From Flaccisagitta enflata (taxonomy: Eukaryota): a stretch of 64,000 bases of DNA. Position numbers and translations under genes: made by a program. Position 1 is the first letter of the stretch. Every line of letters begins with the position of its first letter. The notes under the pieces were generated by a model. It was not told the DNA's origin and searched no databases. It worked only from the letters and a program-made list of their open reading frames with translations. The stretch is taken from the NCBI GenBank assembly GCA_965153355.1, contig OZ231126.1, positions 48,980,001 through 49,044,000 of the forward strand. The letters are read 5' to 3'. Shown here piece by piece: positions 13,002-24,443 of the stretch.

Positions 13002-13511
13002 AGGGTCACGGCGCCAGCGTGGATTCAGCCGCGCCCTCAGGATATTCACGCAGAACGAGGAAAAGTTGCAATGAAAGTAAAGAGGCGGAAGAGCGTAAGA
13101 TCGAGCGAGATCTGTTAAAGCGTGGACGTGAAGGTGAGTGACTGAGATGAAGGGTCGGATCGACAGGCCTACGTGGCCACTGATCAATGCGATGCTTTGA
13201 CGGACTGACGGACCCATCAGTACCTGTTTGGTCGACCAACCAACTAGGCGACCGACCCACAAGAATAATCCCAAGTGAACTGGCGGACCAACCCATCACT
13301 CGGGTTTTCATACCGACGCTCTAGCCGACGATCGGTAGTGCCGTCTACGACGATCTGTCGATCCATCTACGGCGTTCAGTACTTGTGTATTCCATCTCAA
13401 CTCTCTGATTTAGAATTCATCGCGGAATGCATGTCGGAGGATCGGAATGAGGCAAATCGGAATTGCAACTCAAGGTGTAAATCTCCTTTTCTTTCATCGG
13501 AAAACGATTAA
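13002..13511 (+). other. two phase-compatible putative exons (13002-13133, 13414-13511) of unknown identity
   Basis: Acceptor cctcacccag, donor gtgagt at 13134, acceptor ctgatttag; spliced frame is open to TAA 13511; no upstream start codon found. Confidence 0.4.
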
Positions 13512-13687
13512 GATTTAGCGGCAAGTAGAGTTGAATCATTTTTCCGGACAAGGATGACTAAATTAGATGCCCTCGATGCTCATATTCCACGGCAATAAAC
13601 AGTAAAACTTATCGCCATCCTTTTCCACCCACCCAAACCCTTTATCAACGTTCCGGAGCAGAACCGTCACGCTCTATCCAGCCAGTA

Positions 13688-14023
13688 ATGGCTACCCTAG
13701 GCCGCAACTACGCAACGAGAATGCGTCTACTGCCTCGTCTAATTCTGGCGCCTCCTCGTCAACTGGCGTCGTATCGTTCTGCCGACGCGCCACGAGGAAA
13801 AATACTCAAGAAAACTCCAAGTCAGATTTTGATCGGACTCGTTTACCGCATCCCTTGGCCTTGCTCCCTCCACGTTACTTTCATCCCACATTTCCGAGGA
13901 GACACAATTGGGTTTCACGGAATGGAACACACTCAAATTAATCCCTGGGTCTTTGATTTTTATCACCGAATCTTATTCCGTCGAAATGGAGCTTGCATTA
14001 TTCCAGGAGAAATGTATCACTGA
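13688..14023 (+). CDS. small ORF with mitochondrial-presequence-like N-terminus, possibly frameshifted COX8-like
   Basis: MATLGRNYATRMRLLPRLILAPPRQLASYRS is Arg-rich and lacks acidic residues; acceptor-like ctatccag just before ATG; family resemblance is weak. Confidence 0.35.
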   Translation: MATLGRNYATRMRLLPRLILAPPRQLASYRSADAPRGKILKKTPSQILIGLVYRIPWPCSLHVTFIPHFRGDTIGFHGMEHTQINPWVFDFYHRILFRRNGACIIPGEMYH

Positions 14024-14919
14024 ATTTTTTTGAAAGCCCAAGTAAACTTGTTTTTCTTCATTTCCTAGACTTGATTTTTTTTTTCTAGCAAGGATGAATT
14101 TACACATCACATGTAAACTACATACGTCGGAAACAATGGCTAAGGAGGAGAGAGATCCTACGTGATTTTAGGCGTAACTTACACTAGGACAAAGACAAAA
14201 TTAGCAACCATGCCATGTCCATTGTGCGGCATGTGACATGACTACATGTTCATTTCTACGCGAGAATTTGAAGGGAAACTAGGTAAGTGCCATTGGTTTC
14301 TCTAAAGTCTAAAAATGTTTACATGCTGTCGGTGGAATGTTATTGTCGCATGCTCGGTCTGAACATTCCAGTGTGGGAAATGAGACGGAATCCATGGGTG
14401 AATATAAATTTGTGTCCATCATAGGGAAGGTCCGTTATCGGCGGTTTCGTTCGATCAGGGTTCAGCTGTGTTGGGAATAAATTGTTAAAAGGAATGTGTG
14501 ATCCCTTCATAATAGGCGTATGTGTCTAAGTTTTCTTCTGTCATAGGGAGGTTCCTTAGAATGGGAGGTTCATTGCAGTTCATATCTCACTTCTCTATCA
14601 GGGATGAGTAATTATCTGCTTATGTTTTGGGAGGTTAATTCTATAATTCTTTTTCCTGGTTCTTTTATCGCGACCGAAAGTTAACCAACTTTTGGCACAG
14701 AAACGATCAACAATCTCGCCTTGTCTTTGGCTCAAAATCTATTCTGTAATCGAGAGGGAAAAAGGACAGACAACATTTGAGGGCAACCAGCCAACTAACT
14801 AGGAGTTGTAACCGAACAAGTGGACAAGGAACAAATTCTTCTTTTTTAATAATCAAAGCTCTCTGCGCTCCCTGCGCTTTTTCATTCAAAGAGAAAAAAA
14901 AATAGTCATGCGCGCATTT

Positions 14920-15537
14920 CATACCATCTTGGTCAAAAATATCGTCTCACCTTTATAGCTAATTTGAGATAAACTACTAAAAAAATCATATTAAAATCAG
15001 TGACCATTGGAAAGAGCTTCAAAGAATCTTCAAAATGCCATCAAGCAGAGTTCAGTAGCTAAATTCGTTTAGATTTTAGAGCTAAAAGAGTAAAAACATT
15101 CACATCAACAAAGAACAGAAAATATGCAAAAAAATAAAGGGAAAAATATTGATCTGTTAATTTTTATTTTTTGGGGCTTCTGATGAAAAAATTATATATA
15201 AATCGGTGACCATTAGAAAGAGCTTCAAAAAATCTGCCTAATGACACCAAGCAGATTTTTTTAGCTCAAACCGTTTGGATTTTATAAAAAGATGAATATA
15301 CATTGGTTTGAAAATGCCAATGAAAAAAAAATTGTATAAAAATCAAAGGACTTGTTATATAAAATTGTTTAAAAATCCTCCATCTATGTTTTCCCAAATG
15401 ATTACAAATGATATTTAGTACCTAGAAAGCCTAGATAAAACATTGCTACAAAAAAAAATTTAATTTATTGCAAAAAATAATAGCAACAAATGACTTCATT
15501 GTTTTACTGAGACGATATTTTTGACCAAGATGGTATG
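14920..15537. mobile_element. MITE with 30-bp perfect TIRs
   Basis: cataccatcttggtcaaaaatatcgtctca ... tgagacgatatttttgaccaagatggtatg; flanks cattt/catta. Confidence 0.9.
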
Positions 15538-15881
15538 CATTATCACGTTTCCGTTTGTCATATGAATGGAGCTCCAAACAAAGAAAATTATCGCTGCTGG
15601 AATCCAAACATAGCAACTTGAAATTCAGAGTGAGTTTTCGACTTGTGTGATAAGTTTAAGATACCTTTCAATTCAAACGTCTCGAATCAATTTCATTTCC
15701 CAGTGTTCGCCGACGGTTTTCATTAGATACTCGTGAAAAGAACGCTCTCGATTCGTGAGTAAAAGGATTTGCGAATCTCATCGCGCATCTCGACTACTAC
15801 TACACGCTCGCATGCGACTTTGACGCTTGTCCGTGGTTCTGCGCCCCTCCTACGTCTCTTTGTCGCGCGCCTGCGGCGAAG

Positions 15882-18800
15882 ATGACGTCTCAAGCTACGA
15901 TGGCGATCAAGTCGTCGTCTCACGCGCATTGGATGGCGGCATCTGGCCAGTGGAAGCAAGTGGAGAAAAATTTAGAGAAGTTGGGTAACACTTCGCTGCA
16001 ATCCATTCTAACCGTTTTCGACTCTGGCATTAACGAGGAACAGGCTTGGGCCATTTGCTTTCAAGCCGCTAGGAATCTCTCTAAAGTTTGGGCCGCGTCC
16101 AAGGTTAGTGTCGGGAACCAGTAAATCAGTAATGACTCATTTGATCCGTGGTTGCGTTTGATTTCATTTGTCTCGATTTATCACCTTTTTTCGTCTAGGG
16201 TGGGGATTTTCCGTCATTCGCTAACAGTGACGCGTTGTGCATGCACAAGGATGGATCGGTCACCGTGTCTCCTCCGTATCCATCTGTCGAAGACGACGAA
16301 GTCTTGAAATTCGCTACATCCGAATTTCAGCTAGTTTCCTGCTTAGGTAAGGCCACAAGTCGGTAACTAACGACGTTTCTTCGTATTCAATCTATGCATT
16401 GGTCCGTCCGTCCGTCCGTGATTTCCTTTGCTTTTTACTTATTTCCTTTTTCTTGGGAAGGTTACGCGGTTTACCAAGCATTGGACCACGGTCTTCAAGC
16501 GGAACAAGAACGAAACCTCAGTGACCCACTCAACACTTTGATAAACAATATGACTGCCAGCGGCGAAATCGCGCTGGATGAAGGTTAGATACTAGGATTT
16601 GAAAAACAAGTGACGCGGGGTCACAACATCGTTGCGGTCGGGTGGGCAGGGGCATCCAACCCCCACTCACACCCCAACCCACCCCCATACTCAAACATAC
16701 ACAAAACGCATTTAAAACGCTCATTTCCCCATTTTTAACTCCAAGGAATGACGGATCGAAGGACAGACAGACGGGCCGACAGTCTCTTAGAGAGTTGCGT
16801 GTCCGCAACAAGAATAGTCGCAAAAGCGTTAGATGGGCAGCGGTACCCAGTTCCTGCCTAAGTAGGTTGTTCTGGAAGTTGATGGGGAAGCGGGGCAGCG
16901 GCCCCAAAGGGGTCGATGACTTATGCTTTCACACATATGTGGAATTTTCTCCTTCTTCCCCTCCTTCATCCCCCCCCTCAAAACCTAGTCTCGAGGCCCA
17001 AATTCCAGTCTCGAGGCCCAAATTCCAGTCTCGAGGCCCCAATTCCAGTCTCGAGGCCCCAATTCCAGTCTCGAGGCCCCAATTCCAGTCTCGAGGCCCC
17101 AATTCCAGTCTCGAGGCCCCCATTCCAGTCTCGAGGCCCCCATTCCAGTCTCGAGGCCCCCATTCCAGTCTCGAGGCCCCCATTCCAGTCTCGAGGCCCC
17201 CATTCCAGTCTCGAGGCCCCCATTCCAGTCTCGAGGCCCCCATTCCAGTCTCGAGGCCCCCATTCCAGTCTCGAGGCCCCCATTCCAGTCTCGAGGCCCC
17301 CATTCCAGCCCCCATTCCAGTCTCGAGGCCCCCATTCCAGCCCCCATTCCAGTCTCGAGGCCCCCATTCCAGCCCCTATTCCAGTCTCGAGGCCCCATTC
17401 CAGTCTCGAGGCCCCCATTCCAGTCTCGAGGCCCCCATTCCAGTCTCGAGGCCCCCCTTCCAGTCTCGAGGCCCCCATTCCAGTCTCGAGGCCCCCATTC
17501 CAGTCTCGAGGCCCCCATTCCAGTCTCGAGGCCCCCATTCCAGTCTCGAGGCCCCCATTCCAGTCTCGAGGCCCCCATTCCAGTCTCGAGGCCCCCATTT
17601 CCAGTCTCGGGCCCTATTCCAGTCTCGAGGCCCATATTCCAGTCTCGAGGCTCCCATTCCAGTCTCGAGGCCCTATTCCAGTCTCGAGGCCCTATTCCAG
17701 TCTCGAGGCTCCCATTCAGTCTCAGGCCCCTATTCCAGTCTCGAGGCCCCCATTCCAGTCTCGAGGCCCCATTCCAGTCTCGCTTATTCCAGTCTCGAGG
17801 CCCCATTCCAGTCTCGAGGCCCCATTCCAGTCTCGAGGCCCCCATTCCAGTCTCGAGGCCCCCATTCCAGTCTCGAGGCCCCCATTCCAGTCTCGAGGCC
17901 CCCATTCCAGTCTCGAGGCCCCCATTCCAGTCTCGAGGCCCCCATTCCAGTCTCGAGGCCCCCATTCCAGTCTCGAGGCCCCCATTCCAGTCTCGAGGCC
18001 CCCATTCCAGTCTCGAGGCCCCCATTCCAGTCTCGAGGCCCCCATTCCAGTCTCGAGGCCCCCATTCCAGTCTCGAGGCCCCCATTCCAGTCTCGAGGCC
18101 CCCATTCCAGTCTCGAGGCCCCCATTCCAGTCTCGAGGCCCCCATTCCAGTCTCGAGGCCCCCATTCCAGGAAAGCAGCCCCAATCTCAACCTCCAGGCT
18201 GGGATTTGGGCCTTGATACTGGGCTTTAAGGGGGTGGGGGAGGAGGAGGAGGAGGAGAAGGAGAAAATTCCCCATATATGTGTAATAGTCGCATAAGCAT
18301 TAGATGGTCAGCGGTGTCGTGCCAGGGCTGCCTAAGTAGTTTGGGCTTGATATTGAAGGGGGAGCAGGGCAGCGGCCCCGAAGGGGTCGATGACCTATGC
18401 TTTCACGCTTTGGGGAATTTTCTTCTCCTCCTCCTCCTCTGTCCCCCCCTCAAACCCCAGTCTCCAGGCCCAAATCCCAGTCTCCAGGCCCAAATCCAAG
18501 ACTCGAGGCCCAAATCCTAGCCTCAAGGCCCAAATCCTTGCCTGGAGGCTGAGATATGGACCTCGAGGCTGAGATGTGGGCGCCGAGGTTGGGGCGTGGG
18601 CCTCTCAGCTGGAATCTGGGCCTCCCAGCTAGGATTTGGGCCTCCCAGCTAGGATTTGGGCCTCGAGACTGGGATTCGGGCCTTGAGACTGAAATTTGGG
18701 CCACGAGACTGGGCGTTGAGGGGGGGTATGAAGAAGGAGAAGGAGGAGAAAATTCCCCATATGTGTGAAAGCATAGGTCATCGTCCCTCTCGGGGCCGCT

Positions 18801-21403
18801 GCCAAAAAGCATAGGTCATTGACGCTTTTGCGGACTTTTTTTCCGATTTGCCCAATATTTGTTTGACGTTTTACCCATGGACCTCGCACTAATCTACATT
18901 CGTCGATCTTCAATAAATTTCTTTTTTTTCGGTTGTTAATCGTATCTTGCTATCACACTTCCCCACTGCCGCTTTTCCCCAAACTCTTAACGCAGATGAC
19001 GAAGGATTCGAGGGTCCGATTTACGAATTTTCTTTGTCCGAGGTGATGAAAATGGCGGCTGATCATTTGGGCACACCCTCGGACGCCCGCCTTCACTACA
19101 AAGCCGTTTGTCGCGCGCTCGTCAGCGAAGCCATCGAGTTGGTGGAGTTCTTGAAAAAAATTAAATCTTCCTCAGAACGGACGACTTTGCGAGATCAGGT
19201 AACATATGATCGGTTGGGATGGCATTTTACCATTGCCTCTGACAGCCAATCCGGGGTAAGAATGACATTACTGTTTGTTTTTTGTTTTGTTTTGTTTTGT
19301 TTTTTTTTTGCAGTTTTGCCAATTCACATGAAGAATACAAGAGAGGCAAATCTTTCCTGGAGCGCTTTTTGAGTAATTCTCAAAATCAGAATAAATTAGA
19401 CCCATTTTCAATGCAGATTCTACTGGGGTGTGTTGACTCAATTTTTGATTCCATATTGTTAATCTAGGCAAAATTCTCTTTTTGATAGGTCGCACTCTAT
19501 ACTTTTGCAAAGAATTGAAATTTTCATTTTTTTGTATCACCGTTTCAAAAAAGTAATGGTGGCTAAAAATATGAAAACTTAATTTCTGTACTAAACCATA
19601 AAGCGTGACCTATCAAATGAAAGGAAATTTTGCTTAGAATAACAATATGGAATCATGAAATTAGGCAATACAACTCACAAGAATCTGCATTACCACGACC
19701 TTTCCTGTAGGTGAAAAATCGATCTTTTTCAAAAAGCGCCCTAGGAAAGATTTCCCTCTCGATTGTTCTTGTATTGTACACATATGAAATCGGCAAAACA
19801 GCAAAAAAAAACCAGAGTAATGTCATTCTTACCCTGGGTCGGCTGTCAGATAGTAGTGGTAAGTGAATGGTTCTATATGACGATTTCTTGTGTTCATTTG
19901 AAATGCTTCCGACGAAGATCCGAGCTCTTCTCAGAATTGGCGGTCTCTTCTTTCACTTTCTCATTTGAGCGATTTTTGCCATTCTCTTTCCAAGTCTCCC
20001 GCGGCGATTACCCCCCTCATTTGGCTTTAGATTTTCCTATTTCCTAATTACGCCCGATTTCAATTGGCAGTTCCTCCATTTTTTGGCCGTTTTTACCTTT
20101 TATCTGGATTGCATTCAGCTGGCGCTTTTAACAATTCACCTTTTATATTTAACCAACTGATCTCTTAAACACCTTGACCTCGCTAAGTATGCAACCCCGG
20201 GAAACAGTAAAATTGCGGATGTTGGGAGATGATGCGGAAAGGAGCGTTTTAACAATTTTTGTATCTTTCGCTACCGACGGACGAACTGACGGATGGATGG
20301 TTAGGGCTCCTTAAACAAGTGCCTGTCCACAACTATTAAGGCCCTGGCGGCCTTTTGTTTTACCAGACGTTAAAAGTTGTTTTTATCTGTCATACAAAGT
20401 AACTATTTACGGTTTTCGAGGTTTTCAGTGAAAAGCAACGCTTAATTCCCTTTTTAGTCGCGTGCTACGCGACTCTACACCCCGCTTTGTCGGTCCGTCC
20501 GTCCGTCGGTCCGTCCGTCCGTCACACTTTACTTTTTCGGCGTTTATGGGGTTTTTGGCTATATCGCTCCTGCCCAAATGCTCCACTGACCTCAAATATG
20601 GCCCCTGCCCTCCCGCACGCGACTGGGGTAGCCGTGTATCCGGCCTTGTTAGTTGCGGACACGCAACTCTATAAGAGGCTTTGTCCGTCCGTCGGTCGGT
20701 CCGTCCGTCCGTAACCATCGAGTCGAAAAGTGGGAAAACGCGCATTTCCGCCCCTGCCTACCCGTCCGCAACTGATGGCCGTGTATCCGGCCTTGTTTTC
20801 TTTCTCTCGTCGTTTGCAGTTGTCTCTAATTTTTCTCGCTTTCTATTCTTATTTTGCTCTCAAAATTCTCGACTGCGATGGTCTCTCAAGGTCTAAACTG
20901 TATGTCATCCGTTTTTTCGGAGCATCAGTAAACGTTTTTTTTTTACTCTATAAGGTTAGGCACTCGCTCTAAATTACAATAGTTGCTTCTTTTTTCTTAG
21001 GAAACCGAGGCGGAAGAGCTTGCCGACTTGGGAAAAGAAGACTGGGCTCGATTATGGATTCAGGTATTCAATCTAGTTTGAAGGGAAAACTTGTTGAGAT
21101 CAACCTCTGATATGATTGCGTTATGGCTCGACAAACATCGTCTAAGTTTCTGCCCACTGCACTGATCTAGCCTTATCGCATGAAGTAACACTGCCAATTG
21201 TTTTTCTGTATTTTCAGGTTATTCGAGAACTGCGTAATGGCGTTAAGTTAAAGCACGTATCGGAAAGCGACGTTCGCCGCCCTCTTTACGAATTCGCCCT
21301 CACGCCGTACGAGATCCTGATGGACGACATCCGGTCGAGGAGATGGAATCTCAACAAGGTCGTCCCGGACGACGTAGCTGACAATCCCGATGGAACAAAG
21401 AAG
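15882..21403 (+). CDS. SPIRE: Spire actin nucleator, 5' part (KIND domain plus first WH2 motifs); exons 15882-16103, 16199-16346, 16461-16583, 18996-19198, 21001-21063, 21218-21403
   Basis: [75 protein letters not shown] are Spire motifs; all introns GT-AG with consistent phases; remaining WH2s, Spir-box and FYVE are absent. Confidence 0.93.
16985..18170. repeat. 20-bp minisatellite (CATTCCAGTCTCGAGGCCCC)n inside an interspersed element in Spire intron 3
   Basis: About 1.2 kb of tandem units; source of the six-frame pseudo-ORFs at 16642-18275. Confidence 0.97.
19229..19860. mobile_element. hairpin MITE in Spire intron 4
   Basis: tctgacagccaatccggggtaagaatgacattac mirrored by gtaatgtcattcttaccctgggtcggctgtcaga; interior also self-complementary. 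Confidence 0.85.
20451..20798 (+). mobile_element. two tandem DINE-1/HINE-like (Helentron-associated) short elements
   Basis: T-run, terminal hairpin (AGTCGCGTGCTACGCGACT or AGTTGCGGACACGCAACT), (GTCC)n microsatellite, end ggccttgtt; related copies near 16605, 22607, 27444, 29836, 31511, 32290, 37316, 46408, 52827, 57747, 60742. Confidence 0.7.
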
Positions 21404-22924
21404 GTGAGCTTGTTACCAACCCTGGCTAATAGAATTTATTTGGAAGTCCAGAACTGCGACATTGAAGACGATAACACACCTCGAAGGTAACCAACACTCC
21501 TTGCCACATTGAAGTTCTTTATACTTAAACTCAGAATGTCTTAGAGAACATACACATTTTTCTATTTTTCTGTGAGACGAGACGTCTAAGTAAAGGAATG
21601 TCTCCTCCAAATCTGGAGCCTGTCCGATATGACGGTTTTTTGGCCGTTGCTCAAAGCGAACAACGAGATCCAAAGTACAGTTTTTCCTCTGTGCATGTTT
21701 TTTTCGCTATCCTTGCTCGACCGGGCCTCTCCTTTGTATCAAATCTCGAGTGAATTAAGTATAGGTAGTCTCATTTCGTCTTTAATTCGAAACATACACT
21801 CGTAAAGTTGAATGTTTTGCTTGCGAATGTCGGCTTATTTCCCGGTTTCTAACTCAGTAAACCTGCCTTTCCGTCTTTCTTTCTGTCTGACAATCAGTTT
21901 GTCTACCCGTTACGAAACTGCTCTCGACAATTTTGCGCTTCTCTGTGTAAATGATTGCATTCAAAACAACCCACCTGGGTATCTATCAAGAATAAGAGAG
22001 AGAGAAAAAAAAAAAGAGAAAAAAAAAGATAATGAAAACGAAAGAAGAAAAACAAAAACGATGAAAAAAGAAATAAAACCGCCGTAAGAAAATTTGAGTG
22101 GAATTTGATTTTGGTTCAATCCATTCGTGCAATTCTCCTGTATTTATCTTTTGACAGTCGTCTGACCCTCGAGAATCGCTGAATCAGGTTTGGTAAAATG
22201 CGTTCAAATTCAAATAGATATCTGAGCTCGTTTTTTTTTTTCTAGCTTTTAGTGCCAAGGAATATGGTTACTTCAGGGAATGTAAAAAAAATTTTTGAAA
22301 AAAAAACGGTTTTAAACCGGTTTTTATCAGTTTTTTTTATAAAAGCTCGTTTTTTTCAAAACTTTATTGCGTATTATCTAAAAATGACCTTTCTTAACCA
22401 TATTCTATATGTGTATACTATTTTAAAGCATTCTAAAAGGATTGCTATGAGGTTATGGTGTTTGTAGGCCATTGAGGGCGGTCCTGAGCCTATTTGGTAC
22501 TGGCATTATTGCTCACAGAAACTGAACTTATTTTTCTAGTAGCGATTGGACATTGGTCACTAGTAAGTAGTTGATTTCCAAGATCTCAGCTTCAATGATT
22601 GATAAAAACAAGGCCAACACCTATAAGTCGCGTGCAAGACTTATATTTAGAATGACTCAGAATGACTTAAAATGACTTATTATACTCTTATATGACCTAA
22701 ATTTCCCTAAAGAAATAAAATTGATAAGAAAGTAAAGTGTGAATGACCAACCGACCGACCGACAGACAGACAAAGCGGGGTGTAGAGTCGCGTGCACGCG
22801 ACTAAAAAAGAAAAAAAAAAAGAAAGGCTGAAAAACTAAATGCCACATCGTAGTTACCTAAGTGAAAATATACCCGGCTACTCGATCAGACCCGGCTACT
22901 CGATCAGACCATAATGGCATAACT

Positions 22925-23690
22925 TGAAGTCCATCAGTCCATCAGTCCATCATGGCATACCTGGAAGTCCATGATGGCATACTTGGTAGTCCATGATGGC
23001 ATACTTGGAAGTCCATGATGGCATACCTGGAAGTCCATGATGGCATACCTGGAAGTCCATGATGGCATACCTGGAAGTCCATGATGGCATACCTGGAAGT
23101 CCATGATACATAACTGAAGTCCATGATGGCATACCAGTCCATGATGGCATACCTGGAAGTCCATGATGGCATACCTGGAAGTCCATGATGGTGATACTCT
23201 GGAAGTCCATGATGGCATACCTGAAGTCCATGATGGCATACCTAAGTCCATGATGGCATACCTGGAAGTCCATGATGGCATACCTGGAAGTCCATGATGG
23301 CATACCTGGAAGTCCATGATGGCATACCTGGAAGTCCATGATGGCATACCTGGAAGTCCATGATGGCATACCTGGAAGTCCATGATGGCATACCTGGAAG
23401 TCCATGATGGCATACCTGGAAGTGCATGATGGCATACCTGGAAGTGCATGATGGCCTACCTGGAAGTGCATGATGGCCTACCTGGAAGTGCATGATGGCC
23501 TACCTGGAAGTGCATGATGGCCTACCTGGAAGTGCATGATGGCCTACCTGGAAGTCCATGATGGCCTACCTGGAAGTGCATGATGGCATACCTGGAAGTG
23601 CATGATGGCATACCTGGAAGTCCATGATGGCATACCTGGAAGTCCATGATGGCATACCTGGAAGTCCATGATGGCATACCTGGAAGTCCA
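22925..23690. repeat. 22-bp minisatellite (CATGATGGCATACCTGGAAGTC)n
   Basis: Tandem units read directly; lies within a larger repeat-like segment (~22866-24375) that also has internal direct repeats. Confidence 0.95.
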
Positions 23691-24443
23691 ACAAAATTTC
23701 TAAAAAAAAAAAATATTCAAAAAAATTTCAAAAAAAAAAATTTCAAAAAAAAAAAAAAAAAATTTCAAAAAGAAAATTAATAAAAAAAAAAGTCCAGGTA
23801 ATGATGTTACTAGTTTACATAAATCATAAATACCCTTATATATATTTTCTTAACCAATACTCAGAATTTACTGAAATCTTGCAGAGGAGCTTTGATTGCT
23901 GCACTGAACTTTCACAACGAGTTTGAACGGCATTGGTGAAACTTTACTACCATTCCCATATGTAAATTTATATGTAAATTTACTTTACTACCCTTCCCAT
24001 ATGTAAATTGCAACAGTCCAGGAATCAATATTACTAGCAAAATACCCTAATATCTTCTAAACCAATACTCAGAATTATCTGAAATCTTGCAGGGCCTTCA
24101 CAACAAGTTTGAACAACATTGGTGTATCTTTACTACCCTTCCCCAATGTAAATTGCACAGTCCATGAATTAATAATACTACAAAAATAATAGGCAAAGGG
24201 TATTTAATATTTATGAATGTTGTTGAAAGTTGGTACACAGGTGAGTAATGCCCTAAAAATAATACTGACCAAGTTTCATCAACATCTGAGTTGTGTTTCT
24301 CAAGTTTTTATGGGTTGACACAATAAATAAACTACGAACAAACAACGACTCACTACACGATCAAGGCTATATTATAGACCACATCGAGAAATAACTCGAT
24401 GTGGCCAAAAGAAAAAAAATATGGATCTATTCTTTTCACGCAG

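Noticed and set aside
12930-13311. - strand ORFs between PPP1R11 and 13688
   Set aside because: No recognisable motif; splice signals favour the + strand
13760-13860. EMRE/SMDT1 identity for the small ORF
   Set aside because: Partial G-x-IL-x-K..GL resemblance, but no acidic C-terminal tail in any frame
16642-18275. Long ORFs (up to 524 aa) on both strands
   Set aside because: Stop-free 20-bp tandem repeat inside a Spire intron
22925-23690. CRISPR-like regular repeats and - strand ORFs
   Set aside because: Head-to-tail repeats with no unique spacers, no cas genes, eukaryotic context
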